NCBI GenBank assembly: GCA_018398765.1
Contig: JAHBMJ010000341.1
Coordinates: 1-50,163, forward strand
Source of the DNA: Chromera velia
Taxonomy: Eukaryota
DNA: 50,163 nucleotides
Direction of reading: 5' to 3'
The notes under the pieces are model-generated. The model was not told the DNA's origin, made no database searches, and was given only the letters and a program-made list of their open reading frames with translations. The translations under genes and the position numbers were made by a program. Below are positions 1 through 11,556 of this stretch, piece after piece. Numbering within the stretch: position 1 is the stretch's first letter; each line of letters begins with the position of its first letter.

Positions 1-2
1 GT

Positions 3-34
<32 letters not shown>

Positions 35-91
35 GTCTCTGTGTTGGTATGTGTGTGTGACTGACTGCATTTCTCTGCACGTGGGATGCAG

Positions 92-2208
92 TGCAAGGTG
101 TGTGAGCCTTCGTTCGACCTCTGCCGGTCCTGTTTTGAAGAGATGAGTTCCTTGAAGAGAAAGAGGAACCGGACCGTGACAGAAAAGGTGCGCGAAGTGA
201 ACTTTGCTGGCTTCCTCTTTGCCTTTCTTGTCTTGCTTTCCTCCTTCCTCTATTCGCTCGTTCAAATGTCTTTCTTTGATCCTCCTGATGCGGGCGGTCC
301 CCCAACTCACCCGACTAGCTGCCCATTCTCTCTCTCCGTCTTCCTCCCCCACTTGGTCACCCCTTCTCTCCTTCTCTTTGTCTTCCGCACTACCCTTGCG
401 ACTACTTCGCTCCTCTATCTTCCGTTCTTGCTTCCTTCGCCCCTCCTTCCTTGCGTTCTTCCCGCCTTGTTGAAATCAATTGTCGCCCTCTTCTCCGACT
501 CTCTGTGCTCTCTGTGCTCTCTGTGTTTTCTCTTGTACAGGCGCGGGCGGCAGCTCTGTCTGAGTCCGCCGAAGACGCAGCGGAGGATGTGGAGCACGTG
601 GACTGTGCTCATGATGATGAAGAGGGTGTGGGGGGGATTCACCCTCACGACGACTTCCTGCTGATCTCTCTCTCCTCCCGCAACGTTTGCCTGTCCAGGC
701 AGGCTGGGGCAAGGGTGGAAGAGACCGGAAAGACGAAGACCTGTGGAAGTCTTCTTTCTGGAAGAAAGTGTCAGGCAGACCCGGCAGGAGTGCAGAAAGG
801 AAAGTCAACCACAGTTTTGGGGGAGACGGAGAAGGAGAAGAAGGCTTCGGAGGTCCAAGCGATCCGACTTCTGAAGGGGGGAATTGAGGTCAGTTTTTTT
901 TTGTTNAGATAAGCGCTTGGAACTGGAGGGAGCACTGAATGGACTGCAGTGGCATGCATGCACAGAGTCCGTGAGAGAGAGAAAGTTAGGAGGGTGGAGA
1001 CTACTTGAGATATCCGGAGGTTGGCATGCAGTCTGTATCCGTGATCGATCGAGTTGATGGACGCTTAATTGTTTTTCTGTGAGGGTTTGAGAAGCTTTGT
1101 TGCCGGTTGAAGCTTTTTTGCTTCCAAAAGGGAAGTTCCGAGGCCGCGAATTTGTTTTTTTCAAGTGGCCTTCCCCATCTGCGCCTTTTCTGTCCCTGTG
1201 CTACGTCTTTTCTTACGGCAGACATTTCAAGCGCATCTGTTGTGTTCTTGTATCCACTTCATCCAATCCGTTCTTTTTCTGTTTGCCATTGATTTGAGAG
1301 CAGCAAAAGCCTGAGGATCCGAGAAAAGGAAGGATTGTCAGAGAGGGCATGACTGGCGGTGAGGCTGACTTTTCTTCCGATCCTCCGTCCCTAGTGGTCA
1401 GTCAGTCAGTCACCTAGCTGGTGCTTTTATGTCTCAGAGAGATGTAGAGGGAATGGGGGTGGGAATCCTTGGAATGGGAGGGGGGGGCAGAGCCTGATCT
1501 TTGCTGCATCGGAATTTCAGCCGAAAGCTGCGTTCTTGCCACAATTTGATGTATATCCCTTCTTCTGCTTCAACTTATCTGTTTGCATGTCATGTCGAAG
1601 ATCTCTCAATGACATCCATTTATCTCATCGGATTTGGCGCCTCCGTGGTTTCCCTTGATGCTTGCAGGACAGCCAGAGTGACGTGTCGTCTTGCGAAGAC
1701 GAACAGATCATTGTGGGCAACAATGCGGTGGGCCAGAAGGGCTGGACGTGCAGGAAGATGTTGTGCGACACATGCATTCTCTCCTGCGTTCGCGTGATTT
1801 CTTCTTCTTTTCCACATCGATCGGTTTTCCGCTCTCTGTCTCGTTATGCTCATCTCATTGCAACAACATACAGACAGCATTGAGGACACTCAAGGGAGGC
1901 GAGCGAGGTATGTCGCAAGCCCCCCTCCTTGCCGTCGCTCACAACTTCTACCAGGACCTGTTAACCATCCGCCATCTGCACCCTCCAATGGAGGACCGGT
2001 CCCTCAGGAGAGAGGGAAGGAACGCCGTTTTGGCAGTCTAGAGCTCGACCGTTTTGGCAGTCTAGAGCTCGACCGACCGAGCCACCGAAGAGAGAGAAGA
2101 CTCGGCTGGAAGTGAAGCAGAACACTGCGCATACACGATGCTTCTCATTCTTTTTGCGCTGGGATCTGTTCCCTCTTCAATGACAGGACGAACCCTGTCT
2201 GCGAATTC

Positions 2209-2246
<38 letters not shown>

Positions 2247-4381
2247 TTGTCAATTTCCAATGTGAAATGTGCAGGGGCAGGAAGGCATCGGGGCCCGACT
2301 CCGCCGAGCCTTCAACCTTCGAAAGAAGAGGGGGCTGAAGAAAAAAGAGATGGACAGTAAGGAAGAGGAAGAGGACGAGGACGGCATGTCTTCCCTGAAG
2401 GGGTCGGATGGTGATCTTACCTGTGACGACATGCCGGAATTGGAGGAGAGCGAGGCGAGTGAGGACAATACGGACTCAGACTCAGACGCAGACCGGAAAG
2501 GGAAGAAAAGGGGCAAAGGAAAGGCGGAGAAATTGAAATTGAAACCGGGATTTCTGAACAAAAAAAAAGCAGAGGCGACTGGGAAAGGGGTAGCTGGCGC
2601 CTCTGCCTCTTCGTCTTCCGCTGTCGTTTGTTTTCCTGCGGTATATCACTCAGGTGAGCTCGTGGCTGCCTTTTCGTTTGTGTCTATCAATCTCAGTCGG
2701 TCAACAAAAGTTTGAATCATAAGGAGTCGAAGCATGTTAAAGTAGCCTGTCAAATTCCTGAGATGGGGCGAATGGAGTGTAGGTGTTTCACGGGGTCTGA
2801 CCCCCTTTCTCAGGCTGACATTTTTGTTCCGTTTCTTCCCCACACCCCGCTTCTTCCTTCAACTTTTCCCTGTGATTGTTTTTTTTTTTTTGGATTCTCT
2901 CTCGCCTTCTTTTTCCTCTTCTGCGGCCTCGATAAACACGTCATTGACGGACCCTTTCTTTTCTATACCTGCAAAATTTCAACATATCAAAACTCAAAGA
3001 CAGACGGACAGACAAAATAGACAGATCAATCCTTTCTCTGCCCTGTGAAGGTGTGAAAAGTGATTCTGACCGGGAGGAGGAGAAGGGACAAAACCCGTTG
3101 GAAGAGAAAGTGATCCGACTTCTGAAGCAGGAGGGCATTGAGGTCAGTCTTGCGGGGGGCGGACAGGATGAATCAGACTCTAGAGCAACATGGAGCGAGG
3201 CAGTGAGACAGTCAGACAGACAGGTAGACAGACAAACAGAGGGACAGGGAGACCGTCAAGACTGGCCTGATCTTTAATTCCCTCATAGAGTTTCTGTCTC
3301 TTTGGCAAGCAGGCACTTACGTAGACAGTGAGTCACTCATGACACCAACCAAGACGGGAAGCGCGCCCTTCGATGGAAATTCATCATGCTACGGGTAAAA
3401 AAGAGAAGAGAGAACCCTTTTGGCCCAGTCAGCTGACGCCCATGTTGCCTTCAAGAAAGAAAGAAAAAGAGATTAGATCAGATAAAGGGATCGACGCATG
3501 AATGCAGATCTCTGAGGAATCCCTGAGGATAGGCAGAGAGACCGGATGGAACATTCCGGAAGTCATCAAGCGCCTCTCTCGTTGAAGTCTGGATGGGAGG
3601 AAGGAAGGAAGGACGGAAGGAAGGGCAATGGGCCCACGAACAGACAAGCGAGGTTGAGGAGAGGAAAAAGGTGTATGGGGGTTTGGTGAATTGATTTTCT
3701 TTTGGGGAGGGGTTCGCAGGGCCAAGCAGAAGCCTTCCTTCCAAAAGCGATGGGCCACAACCCGAGGAAGTGCGGATATGGAAGACCGAGGTTTCAGATG
3801 CGCAGATGCGTGAACGAAGACACGGGAAGGTCTCAGGCGTGCGTTGCTTGCGTGACAGTCAAGTAATGAAAAGAAATAAAGAAAGCTGGGGGGGCAGGCC
3901 GCAACAGTCGATGGCAAATCAATCGTCTGCCTGCCTGCCTGCCGGCATTTCACTGCAGGGCACGACTTGAGAGGCCCTGTGCGCCTTCTTCATCAGTATT
4001 GCAGTCATCTCTCCTTTCTGAAGTGGATGTGTGCCAGAAAGACAGATGATCCTCAGGAATGAAGGACGGAGGGAAGCTAGGCATTTCTCTCTCTCGCAGG
4101 TCCATGAGAAAAAGGGGGGTAAGGAATTCAAAGGTGACAGTAGGTTGAGGTGTCTGCTTCGAAGCGGGGGAATTTGTGGAAAGAGAAGGGAGTATGCATG
4201 GTGAGATCTGCAATCGAAACCAGACAGTACTGCGTGCATGGACAGAGCGTATGGCTTCAGGCAGCTGGAGTGCAGACACATGAGGGGCTCGGATCACCCG
4301 GCAGTCGAGCCGGCAGGAAGAAAGAAATTGAGAAAGCGACTGACGGACGGACGTTATGCACCACGTGCGAGACTCTGGTCA
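92..4381 (+). CDS. Partial multi-exon gene of unknown function with a ZZ-type zinc-finger-like Cys motif; 5' end probably outside the window and exon chain uncertain
   Basis: Exon 92-187 (cag|...aag|gtgcgc) encodes CKVCEPSFDLCRSCF, resembling half a ZZ finger. It splices in phase to 541-888. Further exon-like segments with AG/GT borders lie near 1668-1790 (CRKMLCDTC), 2275-2653 (acidic/lysine-rich), 3050-3141 and 4261-4381 (LCTTC). Confidence 0.4.
2025..2075. repeat. 24-bp tandem duplication
   Basis: ccgttttggcagtctagagctcga occurs twice in direct succession (2025, 2049). Confidence 0.9.
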
Positions 4382-5883
4382 GGTCAAGCGAACCTGCCAG
4401 GACACGGTCTGATCGCGTGTCCGTCTTCCCTTTTCCAGCACTGTGGATGAAAAATCTTTTGAAAGTTATAGCACATCGTCCAGAACCGTTGTCTGTCTCC
4501 GTCTGTCTGTGTACCGCTCTCCCTCTCTGTGCGGGTGCCTGACAAATCAATCGTCTGAAAGGCCGAACGCGCGTTACCAACACAACGTGAGTGCCTTGGT
4601 GAGTGCGGTGCATGCATAGTACATTTTTGAATTGAATTTTGAATGAATGACTATAGCCGTCGGATTCTTTAATACAGAAAACATACCTGTCAGATCAAGG
4701 AAGTGTGTGTGAAGATTCACTGAAGAAAGGAGCAGCCTCCCGCTTGAATCCGAATCGTCGATAAGAATAGATTAGCAATTCTAGTTATAGCAATTATATC
4801 TGGTACAACGTGCATGCTCAAGAAGCTCGAACGTAGCCTGGACGACTTGACGATAAGAAATTTTGAAATATTATTCAATATTTTCCATTTTGATTTACCA
4901 TGTACTAAACATAAACTAAGTAGATGGTCATGCATCTTTAGCACCATGCAAGCTTTAGTTTTTACAGTTCTCAATTGTTATAACTAGTTCGGTGAAAGAA
5001 GTTATCAGAAAATGTAAATCTGGAAGGGAGTTTCGACTAGTTTCGGCATGAAGTTGGCTCTAGAGTTGGCTTCAAGTTGCGTGGCATCTAGCATGACATC
5101 TAGCGTGATATGGTTGGCAAAGCACATCCCATAAGCCAGCATCACTTATGCGCACGGATGTCCTGCCAGAAGTGGAAGAGTTTAAAAATAAGTATCCGTC
5201 TTAGTAGTATCCATCTTAAGCCTGTTTGCCAGAAACTAGTTCGTTTAATAGTTCATTATTAAATTAATTCAACCTGCCTTGCCTGTGCTGACTTGCTAAA
5301 TGCTAGACGTCTACTCATCAGCCTATGCATGACGATGGCGCATGTTAGCCTGAAACTTAGTTACATGATGATCATAATGAATAATTAATGATGATGATCA
5401 TGATGGTGATAGGACGAATAAAAGTTCAATTACAATGGTTGAAGAGTGGTGAAAAACATTCAAGTTGTTATGTTATTCTGGTCTAGATTCTGGTAAAACT
5501 TTCAGATGTTTATCATCAGATAATCATCTACTTTGCCACATATTCTAGCACACATTTCAGAAGTTAATTTATCCTAGAATTTATCATCAAAGGTTTGATT
5601 TGAAGATTCATGCAGAATGATATTAAACAACAGTTACATTCACGCCGCTGCGTAGTCATATATTTATAATCATTTAACTCTAATAGCACACCTCATAATG
5701 CATGTATACACAGCGCTCAGAATAGTAGTGAGTACAATAATCAACACGCGGCATTACGCGGCATAAGTTGCATAACTAAGCATGTTGAGACATCAGCTTG
5801 GTGAAGGTGACGGCCTCAGTTTCAGAGGAATAGCTAGAGCTCACGTAAAAAGCCTGTCCGACATGCAGTAGAACCTCAGTGGA

Positions 5884-7353
5884 ATGGCTCAAATTGCCGC
5901 TCAATTTCCACACTTATCTTCTCCTCCGTTAAATGGACAGAAGTATACGGAGACTCGCCAGAAGTATACGGAGATTCGACAGAACTATACGGAGACTCGG
6001 CAGAAGTATGTGGAGACTCGACAGAAGTATACGGAGACTCGACAGAAGTATACGGAGACTCGACAGACGTATACGGAGACTCGACAAAAGTATACGGAGA
6101 CGCGACAGAAGTATACGGAGACTCGGCAGAAGTACACTGAGACTCGACAGAAGTATACGGAGACTCGACAGAAGTATACGGAGACTCGGCAGAAGTATAC
6201 GGAGACTCGGCAGAAGTATACGGAGACTCGGCAGAAGTATACGGAGACTCGACAGAAGCATACGGAGACTCGACAGAAGTATACGGAGATTCGACAGAAG
6301 ACTACGGGGACTCGACAGAAGTATACGGAGACTCGGGAGAACTATACAGAGGCTCGGCAGAAGTATACAGAGACTCGGCAGAAGTACACGGAGACTCGGC
6401 AGAAGTATACGGAGACTGGACAGACGTATACGGAGACTCGGCAGAAGTATACGGAGACTCGACAGAAGTATACGGAGACTCGACAGAAGTATACGGAGAC
6501 CCGGCAGAAGTATGCGGAAACTCGGCAGAAGTATACGGAGACTCGACAGAAGTATACGGAGACTCGACAGAAGTATACGGAGACTCGACAGAAGTATACG
6601 GAGACTCGACAGAAGTATACGGAGACTCGACAGACGTATACGGAGACTCGACAAAAGTATACGGAGACGCGACAGAAGTATACGGAGACTCGGCAGAAGT
6701 ACACTGAGACTCGACAGAAGTATACGGAGGCTCGACAGAAGTATACGGGGACTCGGCAGAAGTATACGGAGACTCGGCAGAAGTATACGGAGACTCGGCA
6801 GAAGTATACGGAGACTCGACAGAAGTATACGGAGACTCGACAGAAGTATACGGAGACTCGACAGAAGACTACGGGGACTCGACAGAAGTATACGGAGACT
6901 CGGGAGAACTATACAGAGGCTCGGCAGAAGTATACAGAGACTCGGCAGAAGTACACGGAGACTCGGCAGAAGTATACGGAGACTGGACAGACGTATACGG
7001 AGACTCGGCAGAAGTATACGGAGACTCGGCAGAAGTATACCGAGACTCGACAGAAGTATACGGAGACTCGGCAGAAGTACACGGAGACTCGGCAGAAGTA
7101 TACGGAGACTGGACAGAAGTATACGGAGACTCGGCAGAAGTATACTGAGACTCGGCAGAAGTATGTGGAGACTCGACAGAAGTATGCGGAGACTCGACAG
7201 AAGTATACGGAGACTCGGCAGAAGTATACTGAGACTCGGCAGAAGTTTACGGAGACTCGACAGAAGTATACGGAGACTCGACAGAAGTATACTGAGACAC
7301 GACAAAAGTATACGGAGACTGGGCAGAAGGTGAGGGACGGCAGTCAGAATTAA
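5884..7353 (+). CDS. Putative heptad-repeat protein (QKYTETR)n, possibly the first exon of a longer gene
   Basis: ATG at 5884 and a 489-aa open frame. Many unit variants are synonymous in this frame. A plausible donor (cagaag|gtgagg) follows the last unit at 7330. Confidence 0.45.
   Translation: MAQIAAQFPHLSSPPLNGQKYTETRQKYTEIRQNYTETRQKYVETRQKYTETRQKYTETRQTYTETRQKYTETRQKYTETRQKYTETRQKYTETRQKYTETRQKYTETRQKYTETRQKYTETRQKHTETRQKYTEIRQKTTGTRQKYTETRENYTEARQKYTETRQKYTETRQKYTETGQTYTETRQKYTETRQKYTETRQKYTETRQKYAETRQKYTETRQKYTETRQKYTETRQKYTETRQKYTETRQTYTETRQKYTETRQKYTETRQKYTETRQKYTEARQKYTGTRQKYTETRQKYTETRQKYTETRQKYTETRQKYTETRQKTTGTRQKYTETRENYTEARQKYTETRQKYTETRQKYTETGQTYTETRQKYTETRQKYTETRQKYTETRQKYTETRQKYTETGQKYTETRQKYTETRQKYVETRQKYAETRQKYTETRQKYTETRQKFTETRQKYTETRQKYTETRQKYTETGQKVRDGSQN
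5938..7329 (+). repeat. 21-bp minisatellite (consensus cagaagtatacggagactcgR), ~66 units, with a 567-bp higher-order duplication
   Basis: Unit is directly visible. Diagnostic variants recur 567 bp (27 units) apart: actacgggg at 6301/6868 and gacgcgac at ~6099/6666. Confidence 0.97.
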
Positions 7354-9363
7354 GTATCACAGATTGAATCACTTAGGGCTGCAAATAAGTGGTCGAGAAT
7401 GAAGAAACCAAGGGAGAGATCTGAGAAAGGAAGACCCAGTAGAGCGAGCTGCCTGTCTTCTTGCCTTCAAATATGTGTTTTCACATTTGTTCGGGCTCTG
7501 ACCTTTTATGCAGGAAACCATTTCAGCCTCTGACGGGTTCCTTGCTCCCTGCCGAGGGAAGGACTGCATAGGGGGCAAACCCGTAGCTTCGTCGTGGGGC
7601 TTTCTTTGTCTCTCTCTTTCTGGCTGCACAACAGGGATACGCACTTTCATCAATCCTCCGTTGACCCCCCAACAGCACTTGTTGCAGGACAGAAACCCGT
7701 AGTCGAATGGTCATCAAAGGCATTCAATTTCAAATACAGCCCGTCAGAACAAACCAGACGGTCGTCGGAAAAACACGAAGAGTCATCAGAAGTATACGGA
7801 CAGGGTCGGGGTAGAATCTCTAAACAGAGCCGAGACTCGCACATTGTCGAAGAAGAAGAGAGAAGCCAGGCTAGAGAGAAGCCCAAAAAAGACGAGGACA
7901 GCTGGAGAGCCGCACTTGAATTCTCTCACGCGTCCTCTCTGTCCCTCTTGCTCTCTAGCTTGCTCTCTTTTGTTGTCTCTCTGCCCGCCTGTCCCCCCTA
8001 ACTAACAGACTGAATTGACAACTGACTGACAGTATTTGTATGTAAACTTACATGTGTGCCTCCAAAGGCTAGTCCCGCGGTCTTCTCTCTCCCTGGCTCG
8101 TGCGATACAGTACTCGTTCCCTTTTTCGGCTAAGATATGGCCCTTTGCTCTCCACAATTGTGTCAAACAGCTGACCTAATGCACAGATCAACTCTTCCAG
8201 GAAGGGGAGGGCATCAGACAGTGAAGACATTTGAAGACGGGAGACTAGAGTTCCGCTAGGGTCCCCTCCCGAATTTTTCACCAGGTTACACGATGCACCT
8301 CCCCACACCACGCATCAGAAACTCGACGTAAGCTTCTCGTCTACATCCATGCTGCAGTCAGAGATGAGGTACGAGCAGTCTCGGCTTCGTGGTCACACCC
8401 TTCATTATCCACCTCAAAAGAGTTTTCCTCCCCATGCAGCTCCCAGCTGAATCTCCCCCCCATCTCACTTCACAATACCGCATCGGCTGTGGACGAGTCC
8501 TGTTCTTTTCCATCACTCTAGAGCAGAACCGCAGCTCATGTTGCGCCACGCAGCGCTAGAGCAAGGGGGACTTAGAGAAAGTCTTTCTGCATGTCTTCTG
8601 AGGTAACAAATGGAAGGGAGATGAGTCATTCTTGCTGCCCTGCAGGTCAGTCTGCGCACTGATTCGAGTTACAGAAGCATTCTCAGCCGGAAATGCAGAC
8701 AAGAAAGCAAGAAAGACCTGTCACTTCACCTCCCATAATGCAAGGCGGGCCGTAGTCTTCCTGGCAGCTCCCAGCAAGACCGGTTATTGTTGTCACAAGC
8801 ACCTCCCAACTTCTGATCTTGTCTTGCTACTTGCATGCATGTGGGTGCTGCAATGCATCCGAAGCTAGCGCTGAGCCGCGTGTCATGCAGTTGTATACTC
8901 ACTTGACAAACGAGAGAAAAGAAGATGTCCAGAAAAGCGAGATTGTGCGTCTTAATAGAGGTGTTGCATAGCCTATATAGGTGTTGCACATGTGTTGCAC
9001 GCAATTAATGCATGCATGCCTGAATTAATGCATCCTCGATCCCGGTGTTGCATATGCATATATATGCATGCACTGCATGCATGAGATCCGATGTGCGCAA
9101 TAGTATAGCTTATTGTATTAATATATACTTCATCCAATCTTCATCCATGGTCGATTCTGATCAGTCCTGCTTCATCTCCTCAGAATCTTGGGCGGCCCTT
9201 CGACCCAAACTGAGTTTAAGCAGCTTGAATTCTTCATCGCATTGATCTCACAGCGCTCCCCAAAGAAAACACTCCCAACCCCTTTTAATACATAGACGGC
9301 TGTGAATTCCAGATCAATCGCCTTTCTTTCCGGACCACCCAAGAGCCGTTACTTTCTGAAACA

Positions 9364-10323
9364 ATGAAGAGCTTTGCTGAATTGAGAGAGGAGCTTATTG
9401 AAGGCATAGACGCAAACAAGTTTCTTGCGATGACTCAAACACTCCACGAGAATTTGAGGGCTCTCACCAATATACACAAGGAGAGAGCTAGGTGGGCACA
9501 GCGCTCGGCGATGGGGGAGCCGGCAGCAGGAACTGTAAAAGGACATATCTCCAGGGTGCGTGTGAGCGGCTGCCGGGCAACAATATCCGCCTGGCTCCCT
9601 GCAGACATTCCTGGATATGGTGGAAGCAAGGGAGAGGGAGGAGACAGACGAAACCCTGTCGCCGGAGTGCTTCATGACCACGACGCGCTGGGCTTCATAG
9701 ACCGCCTTCGTCTTGCCATGGACGACCCTGGTGTTCGGGCAGCGCTCAGGTGTTACAGATTTAAGCCTACTGTCGAAGAAGGGCTGAACTCCGACTGCGA
9801 GTTTGCCTGCTTGCCGTTTCTGGAGTTCCTAACATGTTAATAGAAGAAAGTGCTTCACCTATTTCCAGCGAGATACCCGGGGGATGATTTGATGGCCCAT
9901 GCAGTGAGTTGCCCACTCTCTTCATGATGCATTGACCCTTCCACTTGCCTTCAACATCTCCTAGCGACTGTTTTCTCCTGGCTTGTTGATTGTCTTGCAG
10001 CTTATGATGAAGTCGGGATTGCGTCAACCCTAGGCCAAACGAAGGCCAAAACTTCGACTACAGTCTCCGCAAGGTGCAGACAACTGAAGAAGATAATTGC
10101 TTTTGATCCCAACGCAACAAGCTCCTTGAACGCGAAGGTCAAGTTGAACAACCAGGAGGCGACGCTTGCCAGGGAGTTGAACAAATTTGCTGCTACCATC
10201 CTTTGCCAGCTGCCGGAGTCTTTGGAGAGGCTGGGGAAAGGCGACACTCCGCAGAATTCTGAGCAGTCCTCAACTAATTCTCTGCGATCAGCTCGATCCT
10301 ATTCCAGCCCAGGATCCTGTTAG
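9364..10323 (+). CDS. Hypothetical protein, two exons (9364-9796, 10001-10323) joined by a probable GC-AG intron
   Basis: Donor t|gcgagt at 9797 and acceptor tgtcttgcag| at 10000 give an in-phase join (...NSD-S-YDEVGI...) to the 10126-10323 frame. No family recognised. Confidence 0.5.
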
Positions 10324-11556
10324 AAGCGTTGCATCAAAGCAGCATTTTTGCAGAACCCTGGTTGGGGCGATTCGTCCTAATCGTTTAATTACTTTACAAA
10401 CCCCACCAGCCCCGTCATTCCTCATGTTCCGTGCGACGCAAAACGAGTGTGTTTAATCAGGGACACTGTCACACTTTACCTTGGTAAGGCGAATACCACT
10501 ATTCGAGAATCTTTAAAGAGGTATCGGATAGTATTATATTAAAAAATGTCTAGAAAAATGTAAGAAATATTACAGAAATCAATCACTCAATCAATCAATC
10601 AATCAATCAACCAATCAATCAATGTATTAGAAATTTTATAAAAATAATAAGTCCCTTGCCCCACCTACCGTCTGACGGATCGATGCATATGAAAATGAAT
10701 GTAGTATGAAAAGAATTAAAAAAGATGATATAGAAAACTTGATTATTAAAAAAAATCTGGTTTAAGACTCTAGATAATTTCTTGTACAAAAAAATTTTGT
10801 TGGAAATAATATAAAAATTCTTTCATTATAAATTCTCGGTCGGCATTAATATCTAGCTAAGAAATTAGAATTTTTACTCTTTGATAGGAAAACCTAAGTT
10901 ACAAGGCTAAGTTAAAATAAAAAAATTAAAAGTTAAGATTTACTACCATTTAGCGCTTCCGCTAGAGCTTCCGATTGATCGAAATGCACATTTAACATTG
11001 AGATTTATCTTAAATATTTAAGTGATATCGAAAATATCCTCAATGCTTAGCCTAACCATGTCCCTAGCCGTGTCCATATTGTAAACTTGGGGCCTCCCCT
11101 CAAACGTTAGCTCAAACGCCCTCAAATATTTAACCATATATTACCCCCCAATTTTTTAAAGAGTTGTAAAACCTCTATTATAAACTCTAGAATGAAATTT
11201 TAAAAAAAATCACTGAAAAAATATTCTATAAAAATTTACTGTAGAAAATACTATCTTAACGGCAATTTAACGCTACTCAAATACGTACTGACATATAAAG
11301 GTTGAAATTCTTTGGCATATGCATTCTAGAGCACACTTCATGATTCATGTTGGCAGCATACACACACAGTGCTCAAAATCTAGTTCAAAACAGTACATTG
11401 GCGTGCCCAGACTCAGATTGTTAAGTTCGACCCCAGCTTCAGAGGGATGGCTACTGTCCGCGCAAAGGGCCCAGTGGGTTGCAGTCCCAACCGTTAAACA
11501 AGGACTTGGACATGCAGTGGAGCCTGGAATGGCTCGATTTCCACACTCATCCATAC

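Noticed and set aside
5938..7329. CRISPR array
   Set aside because: Units are contiguous with no unique spacers, the context is eukaryotic, and no cas genes are present.
5929..7333. Overlapping ORFs (LRILLSS)n, (LDRSIRR)n and (VYFCRVS)n as genes
   Set aside because: Automatic consequence of a stop-free 21-bp unit; the common variants are non-synonymous in these frames.
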